This document shows, one piece after another, positions 38,773 through 49,065 of a stretch of 64,000 nt of DNA (positions are counted from its first letter, which is position 1; every line of letters starts with the position of its first letter). The notes below the pieces were generated by a model, which had not been told where the DNA came from, did no database searches, and saw only the letters and a program-made list of their open reading frames with translations. This DNA comes from an uncultured delta proteobacterium. GTDB lineage: Bacteria > Desulfobacterota > WTBG01 > CAIYCZ01. The stretch covers positions 649 to 64,648 of the forward strand of contig CAWDOY010000017.1 of assembly GCA_963803975.1 (NCBI GenBank), in the 5' to 3' direction. Both the position numbers and the translations under genes were made by a program.

Positions 38773-39639
38773 TTATATCCTCTCGGCAATCTTTGGCTCA
38801 ACCAAATGGAAAATTCGCCACCCAACAAGCACGGTAACCAGACTGAATATGACTGCAGAAAAATAGCCTGCCGGGTCAGAGATATAGCCCTTTGCTGAAA
38901 GATCCTGCGCTGCGATCAAAAAGCCACTTACAGGGTTTACATAATTAATCCAGAAGTTAAGCGGCCACGCTGTAGGAGGTGGATAAATGACCGGACTGGC
39001 AAACATTGCGACACTCAGCACAATAAGCAGTACGCTGCCGATGTCTCTGATAATGGCGTTAAACATCGCCACTAACAGACCAAGGCCAAAAATTAAAAAT
39101 AAGAGGGGTATAATAATGACCGGAACGAAAATTATAGCAGGCTTGGGAACGAAACCGACCCAAAAAAATATTATTATGAGTAGCGGGATGCGTATAATAA
39201 AATCAAAAATGGTCTGACCAAGTGCGGAAAGTATCAGGACTTCTTTGGGAAAATTTATTTTTGCAAGCAGTGACTCTGATGATATCAAGCTATTTGCGGC
39301 AGAAGTGAGGCCCTGGGAAAAAAGCAGCCACACCATCTGTCCGATAAAAACGTAAGCCGGGTATGGCAGCGTGGTATCTCCTATGGGGATAATCTTGTTA
39401 TTCTTTACCACAACGAAAATACCCATGATAAATAAAGGGGTAAGAAACGACCATAAAACACCGAGCACGGATTGCCGGTACCGGGCAGAAATATCCCGAA
39501 CCATCAGCCGCCATATAAGCTCACGATATTCTATCAGCTCATTAACCATGTCTGACCAGGCACGGATTCCCGTTTTTTTGATGTAGTTGGGTTCATATAT
39601 CCGGATACGGCTGTTTTGTTCGGTTACTGGTGTTTGCAT
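38773..39639 (-). CDS. wzm: ABC-2 type polysaccharide exporter permease (Wzm/KpsM-like)
   Basis: 6-TM ABC-2 permease, ...ELIEYRELIWRLMVRDISARYRQSVLGVLWSFL..; immediately upstream of wzt. Confidence 0.8.
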   Translation of the reverse strand: MQTPVTEQNSRIRIYEPNYIKKTGIRAWSDMVNELIEYRELIWRLMVRDISARYRQSVLGVLWSFLTPLFIMGIFVVVKNNKIIPIGDTTLPYPAYVFIGQMVWLLFSQGLTSAANSLISSESLLAKINFPKEVLILSALGQTIFDFIIRIPLLIIIFFWVGFVPKPAIIFVPVIIIPLLFLIFGLGLLVAMFNAIIRDIGSVLLIVLSVAMFASPVIYPPPTAWPLNFWINYVNPVSGFLIAAQDLSAKGYISDPAGYFSAVIFSLVTVLVGWRIFHLVEPKIAERI

Positions 39640-40020
39640 AAATTGTTATCTTTACTAATTAGTACAGGATATATAATTATATCAATTATATCGTTTGTTT
39701 GAGATAAATTTTAAATTATATACCGATTGGAACAAATTTTTGTCCCGGCCATTTTCTGGCAGGTACCAAACCCTCCTTCAAATGCGGCTGACCAAACCTT
39801 ACAAAAGTTTTATATCTCTCCAGCGATAGATTGAAATAAGCGGTATGCCTTCAAGTTGCAGAGAATATAACGGTCTATTTTTATAATAAATATTCCAGTA
39901 AACTTGGTTAAAGGACCCCTGGCGGGACAGGAGTATCAGGTACTGCGGGGTATCCGGCGAAAACTTGAAATCAGCCCCCTTGATTGGTAATGGTTACGAT
40001 AATGTCGGGGGTGATAAATT

Positions 40021-41455
40021 TTATATCTTTTCTGATTTTTCCCTTGTCCTGTAAAAATTCAAAATAGGCCTGATTGCCGACCCACATGCTGACTGCAGCC
40101 CCCGGAGGTATATCTCCTGTTTAATATCTCGAGAAACTTGCTCATTGACCACATCATACCAGTATGTGGTCTCCATGCCAAGGGCATAAGCGCCCCTGAC
40201 TCCGCCGACAAGCTCATTGTAGTAACAGAGCTCATAGGGGTGGATGCGCATCGTTTGATAGGCCGGGTAGAGGGTAAAAATAGCCAGTGCAGCCGGGATG
40301 AGAACTTTTTTTATTTTCATCGCTGGCATCATTCGTTCGGTGAGAAAATAAAACCCTGCGCCGGAAAAATAAGCCATGAAAGGAAACAGGTAAAAAAATT
40401 GCCGCGTGCCGTCATGCACCGGTGCATTGGGCAGCATGGTAAGGAAGAGCGGGAACAGGCAGTTGATAAGCATTAAATTATTAAATCGACGGTTTGCGGT
40501 ATCGCGATAAAGAGTCAGCAGCCCCAGCATAAAAGTAACAAGAGTGGTCACTGGTACGGTAATTGCGGTCATGATCCATGCATAGGTCCAGGGCGGGGAA
40601 AAAGAATAGGTTTTGCCCAGGAAAAAGGTGGGAATCCGGATGGAATCTTCCCTGTGACAGGCTGATCTGTACAAAGTTTACAATCTTTCCTATGGGATCA
40701 TGCCACCATCCCGGGTTTACCAGAAGGGCCAGCAGCAGCGCCAGCGGCAGTGCGATAAGTAAATTACTTAGGCCCCGCCGTTCCTTATATAAAAGGGCCC
40801 ATACCAGGAGGGGCACCGGGAGTAACAGCCCGGTAAATTTTGTGGCAATGGCACATCCCCACAGGATGCCAAACAGTATGATACCTGAGCGACGAGTTAA
40901 TCCTCTCCAAAATGCGAAGACTGCCAGCAACCAGAATGTCGTGAGCGGAATTTCTGTCGCTGCAATATGGGCATGGCCAAAAAACCTTGGTAAAAACAGC
41001 AGGGACATACTGCCGCACAGCCCTGCCAGTTTGCCATAGCGGCTGTTTAAGATAAAAAAGACAGTAAGCAGCAGTACGGTGCTTAAAAAGGCCGGGGCGC
41101 ACCGATAGGCCACCAATTCTCCACAATAGCCTTTAAGACAGGCTAAGGAAATCCCGGCAAGAATCCTGGCGAGGGGGGGATGGGGATTGTGTGAAATATC
41201 CCACAGCCAATACTGGTCGGTAATAGTCCGGGAAAGAATGGCGCCGGGTGTGCCATGAAACAAAGCAGTACCAAGCGCACGACTCCATGCAATAATCAGC
41301 TCTGAAGACTTGAAATAATATACTTCATCCCAGGTCCACCCTATATCATGAGCGGTCAGGATAATAACAAACAGGGAGAAGATGCCAATTACCAGGCCCA
41401 GGAATCCTGCCATTGCTATACTATGGGTATGCTGCGGGGCAGTGTTTTTTTCCAT
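40021..41455 (-). pseudogene. GT-C fold ArnT/PMT-like (GT83/GT39-type) membrane glycosyltransferase split by frameshift near 40650 (ORFs 41455-40481 and 40674-40021)
   Basis: N-part WDEVYYF...HPPLARIL; C-part IPTFFLGKTYSFSPPWTYAWIMTAITVP; frames meet at ...ISLSQG/RIPTFF. Confidence 0.55.
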
Positions 41456-41482
41456 TGAGGGGGTTCTTCCTGAATGTGCGGT

Positions 41483-43108
41483 TTATATGATAGATTTTCT
41501 CCGGAATACAAACAATACATTTTTTGACCGCGGTACATAGTTGTTTACTTCATGGTCCCACCGGTAAATGGTTTGATCATCTTGTATATCTGCTATGCCC
41601 ACTAATGTATATGCCTTAATATACTCTGTCGCCCACTTAAATATCAGTTTCTCTGAATTATCGCGGTTAAGCCAGGAAGCGGACACATTGACAAAAACTA
41701 TATACGCGGGTTTTGCATTCTCGATTTCTGCTATCATTTCCTTTTGCATTCTAAGCGCAAATTGATGATCTTCCATCAGCCCATAGGTGTAAATATAACC
41801 GGTAGCGGCGGGCCTTTTTGCATAAAAATAGATTTGCGGTTCGGAACCAAGCACCGCAATCCGATCTGTGGGAGCGGTATGGTTTCTGATGTACTGTGCT
41901 ATGTGCATTGATTCAGGAAATGGATTTGCCCCGTATGTCAGTCTGCATATTTCATATGGGCTGAGCTCAAATAAAAAACCCCGCTGCAGAAATAAGCCAT
42001 GCAGCAAAACAGCCAGAAATAAAATGGTTGTTACCTGCCTGAGGTGCGGCCGCCCGCTGAATTTTACGGCGAAACGCTGGAAGGCCGCCACGGCGATTCC
42101 GATTGATAGCGATGCTGCAGGAAGCAGGAGCACAAAATAGTGCGAACGGAAGAACAGCCCGGAACTTACCGCAAGAAATGAACAGGTCAAAAATCCTGTC
42201 ATAAAAAAGAGCTGTTTTTTTGCTTCAGCATCGCACCGGATCGCGATTAATCCCATCCCTGCAATCGCCCAGAGCAGAAAAGAACCGCCGGTTATGTTTG
42301 AAAATTCGTTGCGAAAAAGCGTCAAACCGATAGAAAAAGGAACCTGGGCTCCATAGGCGGCGGCATAGGTAACCGCCCAGAACCAGAATTTTTCAAAAGT
42401 ACCTGTTGCATAGGCAATGATACAGGTTAACCCGAAGGGAAGAAGCACTGCGGCTATAAAAAGGCTGGACGTCAGGACCCGATATCGCAGGGTATGGCGG
42501 GCAGTGCGCAGGTTGCGCGCGAGGTACAATAAGGCAAAGACGATAAAAAAAATACCGGGCTGCTTCACTAAAAATGCAAATCCTAACAACAGGCCGCTGA
42601 AAAAAAAGCAAATTAATTTTTCAGCTTTCAGAGCCCGGATCAGCAAAAGGATACCGCCCAGGGAAAATAAAAGCACAAAGTGAGTGGCGTGCGCAGCAGC
42701 TCCCAGCACGGTCTGACTGATAGACAGAATTGCAAAGGCAGCGCTTGCCGTTAAAGCTGCATACGAATCATAAAGACCCTTCGTCAGCAGGAAAACCAGA
42801 ACAATTGTTGCACTGTTTACCAGCAGCAATCCCAGATGTATGCCCTGCACGGTTTGACCCAACCCTGCCATTATCACGGCATATGCTAAATAAGCACCCG
42901 GTAATTTCATATTGTATGATATCAAATATGGCGGTATGCCTTTGAGTATAAGCTGCCCCATATAGGCAAACTCACCCTCATCGCGCTCAAGAGGGATGCT
43001 GAGGAGCCTTGAGCGAATTACACCGGCGCATACGATTATGAGTATGAGAATCGCCCAGGCAAAATATCGGGAATAGGTGCGCGGCTTATTTTCAGACAGG
43101 ACTTCCAT
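41483..43108 (-). CDS. GT-C fold ArnT/PMT-like (GT83/GT39-type) membrane glycosyltransferase
   Basis: LERDEGEFAYMGQLILKGIPPYLISYNMKLPGAYLAY (DE..KPP-like motifs), ~11 TM then periplasmic C-domain; 541 aa. Confidence 0.7.
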   Translation of the reverse strand: MEVLSENKPRTYSRYFAWAILILIIVCAGVIRSRLLSIPLERDEGEFAYMGQLILKGIPPYLISYNMKLPGAYLAYAVIMAGLGQTVQGIHLGLLLVNSATIVLVFLLTKGLYDSYAALTASAAFAILSISQTVLGAAAHATHFVLLFSLGGILLLIRALKAEKLICFFFSGLLLGFAFLVKQPGIFFIVFALLYLARNLRTARHTLRYRVLTSSLFIAAVLLPFGLTCIIAYATGTFEKFWFWAVTYAAAYGAQVPFSIGLTLFRNEFSNITGGSFLLWAIAGMGLIAIRCDAEAKKQLFFMTGFLTCSFLAVSSGLFFRSHYFVLLLPAASLSIGIAVAAFQRFAVKFSGRPHLRQVTTILFLAVLLHGLFLQRGFLFELSPYEICRLTYGANPFPESMHIAQYIRNHTAPTDRIAVLGSEPQIYFYAKRPAATGYIYTYGLMEDHQFALRMQKEMIAEIENAKPAYIVFVNVSASWLNRDNSEKLIFKWATEYIKAYTLVGIADIQDDQTIYRWDHEVNNYVPRSKNVLFVFRRKSII

Positions 43109-43147
43109 TGTTTTTTATCATACCAATAATTAGCGTGGCGCGTGACC

Positions 43148-45613
43148 TCATTGACAAGTCCCGTTCCATAAAACGGGCCCGTCTTTTTTCAGTGTCACAA
43201 GACCAATACATACCCCTGCCAGGGTTATTAGGGAAATAATCGCCCCGATGAAAAAAGATCGGGGCTTGAACACAAACATCACCTCATGCTCACCCCGGTC
43301 GATAAGGAGCCCCCGGAGCGTATAATTAACTTTAACAATTGGTTTTTCTTTGCCGTTAATATATGCCCGCCAGCCGGGATAAAAATTATCAGACAGCACC
43401 AGCAGTCGCGCCTCGTTGGTCTTTACCCTGAGTGAGATATCGTTGGGGCGATAGGCAACAAACTCTATGGAGCCAGCAAAGGGTTCCTGGCCCCTCGCCG
43501 CACCAGCGGGAATGGGTTCGCCACGCAGTTTTGCTAACTCAGGTTGAGCTATATAGACCATGGTAGCGGGATCAAATGACGCGTGCTTCATTTTTTCCAA
43601 AACGACTGCTTCACTTTCAACCGGCACCAGTTGTTCGGCAAAAAATGCCCGCGGCAGGCAGCGAGGGTTCTGATAAATTTTAATTTTGTCATCCAGTACC
43701 AGCCGGTAGGGGAACCCCTCAAGTTTAAACGGGCTGATAATGTACTTAACATTGAGTAAATTTAACATCTGGGCTTCATACGTGTTTTCTGTGGACTGCT
43801 GTTTTGCTTTTGCAAAATAATCTTCAATTCGGCTCACTATTTGTAAATAGTCCTTATGTACGACATCCTGAAAGAAATTAATGGATTGTATATGATAATA
43901 AATATTTAAATTGGGGGCCAGTTCCTGCTGATACAGTTTATATAATGGCTCAAAGGGAATTGCATAATAGTGCAGGTAGCTCTGTTTATGGAGGAGTGCC
44001 GCAAGGGGTAAAATGCGAAACAGCGAGGAGTCCCGTTGTAAATAGCTAACGGTTGGGTTTTCTCTGGTAAAGAGCGATTCGTCAATATACGGTTCCTGTG
44101 GTTTGCCGACAAAAAAAAGATCAGCGAGAATCACTGCCGCGACCAGATATTTACAGAGTGACACACGTAACTTCCCCTTTCGCACCGCCCCGATAATAAG
44201 AAAAAATGTCCCGAAAAGAATGATGGCGATTGACAGGCCGTTGAACAGTTCAGTGAAGGATATTTTTTTTATCGTCTGGAAATATTCAGTTGTGGGATAC
44301 ATGGTGAGAAAATAGCGGTACAGCGGCTCTCTCAAGACGGTCCCCATTCCAAGAACAGCGAGCAAAACCAGAAAAAATACTGCAAGCTGTTTCAGATAGC
44401 GCTCAACCATGTCGCCCTGCTGCAGGCGTGCAAGGAGCTGCGAAGCTCCTATCCCTGCCAGTATTGAAAAGCAGAAAGCACCGGCAAAAAGAAATTTCAC
44501 CGGGAATTGAATCATGTTTATAACGGGGAAATAATTATAAAAAAATTTATACAGTGGATTATATTCCCCTATGCCCAGCAGCAGAGAACATGCGAGCAGG
44601 GGAAGGATAAAATATCGTATTGTATCTTTCGAATAAAACATGCCATAGATCACAAATATAAGCGGGAAGATGCCGCAATAAAAAGTGTCCAGCCACAGTT
44701 GACCGAACCAGCGGGTCATCGGCACGGTCGCGCCAAATACATAGGGGACAAGGAGCTGTAGAAACTCGAGCGGATGGTATGACCATCGGGTGACTGTTTC
44801 GTAAGACAATCCATCGAAGCGTGTAGAATTGCTTACCAGTTCAAACATGGGGATTAGTTGCACTGACGCCAGCGCAAGGCCTGCTCCCATAGTGCACAAG
44901 ACCTGAAGCCAGGGCTTTATTCTCCAGCCGGAGGTTTTTACCGCACCATTGACGGCTGGCCATAATAGGGTATACAGGAATAGGCAGAGAAAGGTCGAAA
45001 AAACATAAAAGGACGCATCCCCGGCAAGTATTTGCAGGGAAATCCCTATGGCGCCAAGCAGCGACCAGTAAAATGAGCCTGTTTTCAATGCATGGTGATG
45101 CAGCAGTACAATGAGCGGAAGCCAGACAGCGGAACACAGGAAACACACATTATCCTGAATAGAGACAAGATACCCGCTGAATGAAAAAACGATCCCGGAT
45201 ATAAGGGCAGCGTACCAGTCATAGCCCCATGCACGCATCAGCAGGAACACAAACAGGCCCCCCAGAAAATAATGCAGGATTATAAAATATTTATATCCGG
45301 TCTGAAACGGCAGAACATAGTACAGGAGGCTGGGGGGGTAGAAAACACAGCTCTGCACATTTGCCTGAAAGGGGACCCCTCCGGCGAGATAGGGGTCCCA
45401 GAGGGGGATCGTTCCTGACTTTATGCTCTCCGCGGCGAAGAAATGCTTGGGATTGTAAAACATATAGTTATCCCGGGCAATAAACGTCTTAGGGGAAAAG
45501 ATAACGGGGGCAAAATAGATACCAGTTATAATAAAAAAAATGAGTGCGGAAATGAAATTTTTTTTCACAGCAGACTCTTTATTCCTTCCAGCATGTTTTC
45601 TCGCTAATACCAA
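43148..45613 (-). CDS. YfhO-family large polytopic membrane protein (putative GT-C glycosyltransferase)
   Basis: 821 aa, many TM helices in N-terminal two-thirds, soluble C-terminal domain; N-terminal FYNPKHFF..LWDPYLAGGVPF pattern recalled from YfhO family. Confidence 0.5.
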   Translation of the reverse strand: MVLARKHAGRNKESAVKKNFISALIFFIITGIYFAPVIFSPKTFIARDNYMFYNPKHFFAAESIKSGTIPLWDPYLAGGVPFQANVQSCVFYPPSLLYYVLPFQTGYKYFIILHYFLGGLFVFLLMRAWGYDWYAALISGIVFSFSGYLVSIQDNVCFLCSAVWLPLIVLLHHHALKTGSFYWSLLGAIGISLQILAGDASFYVFSTFLCLFLYTLLWPAVNGAVKTSGWRIKPWLQVLCTMGAGLALASVQLIPMFELVSNSTRFDGLSYETVTRWSYHPLEFLQLLVPYVFGATVPMTRWFGQLWLDTFYCGIFPLIFVIYGMFYSKDTIRYFILPLLACSLLLGIGEYNPLYKFFYNYFPVINMIQFPVKFLFAGAFCFSILAGIGASQLLARLQQGDMVERYLKQLAVFFLVLLAVLGMGTVLREPLYRYFLTMYPTTEYFQTIKKISFTELFNGLSIAIILFGTFFLIIGAVRKGKLRVSLCKYLVAAVILADLFFVGKPQEPYIDESLFTRENPTVSYLQRDSSLFRILPLAALLHKQSYLHYYAIPFEPLYKLYQQELAPNLNIYYHIQSINFFQDVVHKDYLQIVSRIEDYFAKAKQQSTENTYEAQMLNLLNVKYIISPFKLEGFPYRLVLDDKIKIYQNPRCLPRAFFAEQLVPVESEAVVLEKMKHASFDPATMVYIAQPELAKLRGEPIPAGAARGQEPFAGSIEFVAYRPNDISLRVKTNEARLLVLSDNFYPGWRAYINGKEKPIVKVNYTLRGLLIDRGEHEVMFVFKPRSFFIGAIISLITLAGVCIGLVTLKKDGPVLWNGTCQ

Positions 45614-45625
45614 AGGGGGGTTATG

Positions 45626-46786
45626 TCAGGTTAAGCTTCTATACAACAAAATGTAGCGTTCGGCGACGGTGTCTAAATTAAAATGCTCTGTTACCGTTTT
45701 CTGTGCTGTAGCGCCCAGTTTGCGAGCTTTTTCTGGGTGGGATATCAAATCTAAAATCGCGCGGGTTAGATGCCCTTCGTCATCCCGGTCAACCAAAAGT
45801 CCGCTGATATCGTGCTCAATAAGTTCCCTATTCCCGGAAACTCTCGTCGCAATGACCGGCAGCGCACACGCCATAGCTTCAAGAACTGAATTTGACATGC
45901 CCTCATGTAATGAGGGCATAACAAAAATATCGGCAATGTTCAGAAACACGGTCACATCCGTAACTCCCGGGACCAGGTGCACTCGGTCTTCCAGGTGGTT
46001 TTGGACGATCAGTTTCCGTATCCTGGACCGCTCAGGGCCATTACCGACAATATACAGTTTAAAGGGGATAGAGCGCGGAGTGAGCCTGGAACATGCGCGG
46101 ATAAGAAAATCCACCCCCTTCTCGCGGGCAAGTCGTCCCGTATACAACAGTATTGTTTCATCATTGACTCCAATTTCCTTTCGTCGTGCCTTCCGGTCAG
46201 ATGACGGTTTGAACACAGCACGATCAACTCCATTGGGAATATGAACGATTGCCTGCTGGTCATACCCTATGGTGCCAAGCTCGCGCTTCATCTCCCTGTT
46301 TAAAATCACTGTCCGTGACGCAAGCCGGCACAGAGCAAGAAAAACCCGCCCCCAGGGCGAGCGCTTGTGCCGGTTGATATCGCCCCCCCTGCCGCTTCCG
46401 GCTAAATTGAGAATGGTCGGCTTTTTGAAAAGTTTCCCGGCAAGCATTGCCAGTGCCGAGCTGTATCCCACCTGAAATGCATGAATCATATCAAAACTGG
46501 CACGGCGCTTATAAAGATGGCTCCACAGAAAACACAAAAAAATAACTCCGCCAATTATTTTAATGCGCGGTGAGGGAAGCCTGCAGACAGGAACCCCTTG
46601 TATCACTTCCTGCCGTGGCCATGAGCGGTAAAATCTGCTGGTAATAATTTCGACCTTGATTCCTCTTTGCACGAGGACAGAAGCAAGGTTCAGGGTCTGC
46701 TTCTCCCGCCCGCCGATAAAAGGATGGAAGTATCTGATGACGAAAATAATGTTAAGCGATTTTTGGCCGTTTGAACGAGTATCCAA
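45626..46786 (-). CDS. glycosyltransferase family 4 (GT-B)
   Basis: FHPFIGGREKQ; HIPNGVD; EGMSNSVLEAMACALPVIATRVSG. Confidence 0.85.
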   Translation of the reverse strand: MDTRSNGQKSLNIIFVIRYFHPFIGGREKQTLNLASVLVQRGIKVEIITSRFYRSWPRQEVIQGVPVCRLPSPRIKIIGGVIFLCFLWSHLYKRRASFDMIHAFQVGYSSALAMLAGKLFKKPTILNLAGSGRGGDINRHKRSPWGRVFLALCRLASRTVILNREMKRELGTIGYDQQAIVHIPNGVDRAVFKPSSDRKARRKEIGVNDETILLYTGRLAREKGVDFLIRACSRLTPRSIPFKLYIVGNGPERSRIRKLIVQNHLEDRVHLVPGVTDVTVFLNIADIFVMPSLHEGMSNSVLEAMACALPVIATRVSGNRELIEHDISGLLVDRDDEGHLTRAILDLISHPEKARKLGATAQKTVTEHFNLDTVAERYILLYRSLT

Positions 46787-46921
46787 GAGCCTTTACACCC
46801 TTTCTGCGCAAGCCTTGATCTGACAACAATCTACTGGGTTGCGGTCCTGTTCACGGCGATAATTATTCCCATCAATGCCCAGAAAGCAGGAGAAACGGAG
46901 ACCACGCTGAAAATAAAGCAG

Positions 46922-48205
46922 TCATTTAGCAGATATCCGAAGACATGCTGCTATAAACCCGCAGTAGATTATCTTCCGGGACGGATTTTGCTCAGCCCTC
47001 ATGGACTTAACCAGCAACGCAAGGAAGGTCGCAATAATTGTCAGATAGGCAAAAAGGCCGATCAATCCCTGACTAATCGCCATGTCCAGATAATTATTGT
47101 GGGCTCTGTCTATAAGGCCTGAGCACTTGAACCTGCGGGCATACTCAAGATTAAATTTTTCCATGGCTATTGCGTGGGTATCAGGGCCGTAGCCCAGAAG
47201 CGGTCGCTCCTTGATCAGTGAAATGGCCATGTTCCACAGATAGAGACGGGCACTGACATCCCCCGTGCCCGGATCAAGAATCCTTTCTATTTTGCTGATT
47301 ACCGTAGGGGTAACCTTGCCATCCGCAACAGGTTTTTTGAGCAGCGACTGGGCTTCCCAGGACATGGCAACAGCAATCAATATCCCGGTTATAATAAACA
47401 GTTCTTTCTGCTTGCTCCATGCTATTTTTCCCCGCAACAGCATGGCAAGCAGCATAACGCTGCAGGCAAAACTGAACCAGCTGGCCCGGGTGAACGTCAG
47501 AATCAGGGCACAAAATGAGATTGCACATCCTGTTAAAAGGAGGTATTTTTCTCTCCGGCGGACAGCCGCGGCATAATATACTATATAAAGCGGCAAAATG
47601 AGAACAAGAAATTTGCCCAGAAAATTCGGGTTGCCGATGGTGCTTCCCGGACGATTTTCAACACCACGCAGGAGCGGAATAAAATGTTCTGTCGGATTAA
47701 AACCGAGATACTGGATTATAGCGTACAGTGAAACAAGAAACGCAGTGACAAGCAGTCCCTTTATCAGGTTATGCGCCTGTTTTTCTGTTTCAACCATAGA
47801 AGCAAAGACAAATGTGAGGGCGCCATATGAAAGAATAGTAAAAATACCCTCTTCCCTGAACATATCACCATGGATACTGAGTTTAGGATTGATTGAAGCC
47901 CAAGCGGATAAAATACTCGCAATGCCATAGGCAATGAGAGGAATGGTGAGAAGGTTACCCTTGATTGCCGGAGGCTTACGCAGAACAATCGCCCGCGCTA
48001 CTGCGGCTATACACAAAACAGCTAACAGAGCATAAACTGAGTCAATTTTAGGCTTGTACCAGTAGTCAAACGCAAAGGGATTGATTATAAGAGGAACAAC
48101 GGCAAAAAGAAAAAACAGACATATGCTTATTATCCGGTCGATAATCAGACCAGCGGATATGCCTGTCAGCGATTCACCTGCAAACCTTTTTTTCATACAA
48201 AACAT
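46922..48205 (-). CDS. Wzy_C-superfamily (O-antigen ligase/polymerase-like) membrane protein; positionally TfpO/PilO-like candidate pilin O-oligosaccharyltransferase
   Basis: ~10-12 TM; RAHNNYLDMAISQGLIGLFAYL Wzy_C signature; 95 bp downstream of pilin gene on same strand. Confidence 0.6.
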   Translation of the reverse strand: MFCMKKRFAGESLTGISAGLIIDRIISICLFFLFAVVPLIINPFAFDYWYKPKIDSVYALLAVLCIAAVARAIVLRKPPAIKGNLLTIPLIAYGIASILSAWASINPKLSIHGDMFREEGIFTILSYGALTFVFASMVETEKQAHNLIKGLLVTAFLVSLYAIIQYLGFNPTEHFIPLLRGVENRPGSTIGNPNFLGKFLVLILPLYIVYYAAAVRRREKYLLLTGCAISFCALILTFTRASWFSFACSVMLLAMLLRGKIAWSKQKELFIITGILIAVAMSWEAQSLLKKPVADGKVTPTVISKIERILDPGTGDVSARLYLWNMAISLIKERPLLGYGPDTHAIAMEKFNLEYARRFKCSGLIDRAHNNYLDMAISQGLIGLFAYLTIIATFLALLVKSMRAEQNPSRKIIYCGFIAACLRISAK

Positions 48206-48236
48206 GCCTTATTATCGGCTCATTTCTCCCATAACA

Positions 48237-48275
48237 TAAAAAAGGCAGATGCTTTTATACCTCAAAGCCTCTGCC
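48237..48275 (-). terminator. rho-independent terminator after pilin gene (minus-sense GGCAGAGGCTTT...AAAGCATCTGCC + T7)
   Basis: Seen directly in the pilin-Wzy_C spacer. Confidence 0.45.
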
Positions 48276-48300
48276 TTTTGTAATGTATTTTTATCTCACA

Positions 48301-48768
48301 TTAGCTGGTAGTGTATTTCTCGATTCCGGAGGGAGATATCTCTATGGTAGAGCCGGTCAGAGCAGCAGGCACGCCGGATACGGTCACGGTAATAAGATAA
48401 TTTCCTGGCTCAGTAGGATCTCCACCCTCGGCTGACTGGGACTGATAGGTAAAACCTGAAAACCCCTGTCCAACCATGGTTGGTTTCAATGTGGCGCCGT
48501 TAGCATTACAAATATCTAATAAACCAGTATCTGTCGTCTCCCAGTCAGCTATGACGCCGGGAAAAAGATTACCGGGTGATGTTGCAGCAAAGCCAGCCAG
48601 AGCCCCGCGGATGGATTCGGCTGTTCCTATTGAGGCCGCTATACGTGATTTATCGCGGTAAGCAATAAAGTTGGGGACCGCAATTGCCGCAAGGATACCA
48701 ATGATCGCCACGACGATCATCAGTTCGATTAAGGTAAAACCCTTTTCATGTCTTAATTTTGAAATCAT
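48301..48768 (-). CDS. type IVa pilin (prepilin with class III signal; mature N-term [24 protein letters not shown]); C-terminal residue Ser
   Basis: Leader [10 protein letters not shown]|[20 protein letters not shown]; RBS GGAGGA 9 nt upstream. Confidence 0.9.
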   Translation of the reverse strand: MISKLRHEKGFTLIELMIVVAIIGILAAIAVPNFIAYRDKSRIAASIGTAESIRGALAGFAATSPGNLFPGVIADWETTDTGLLDICNANGATLKPTMVGQGFSGFTYQSQSAEGGDPTEPGNYLITVTVSGVPAALTGSTIEISPSGIEKYTTS

Positions 48769-48932
48769 TGTTAAATCCTCCTACGTGTTAGTTGTTCATG
48801 TTTACTTGTTTAAGGGGTAAGACGTACATTGATTATTTTGTTGTGACTATTTTTATTTTTTGTTTTACACCTCCCTTCTGTGTCTGTGGTTATTTGCTTT
48901 TTGTCTTATATTATTTTTTGTTTTCAATAGTA

Positions 48933-48948
48933 CGCAATCTCTATGCCA
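48933..48948 (-). promoter_or_regulatory. sigma54-type -24/-12 promoter (TGGCATAGAGATTGCG) upstream of pilin gene
   Basis: Minus-strand read of 48948-48933; GG and GC elements at exact consensus spacing; ~165 nt upstream of pilin start; sigma54 activator encoded 4 kb upstream. Confidence 0.5.
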
Positions 48949-49065
48949 AAAGCAGCTTCAAAAAACAATGATGATATTCCAAGCAGTTATAAAAATATGC
49001 GGATCACATCCCATTGCAGGCAAACAATGATATGACGATTATGGTCACTTGGTTGCCGTATTTTG

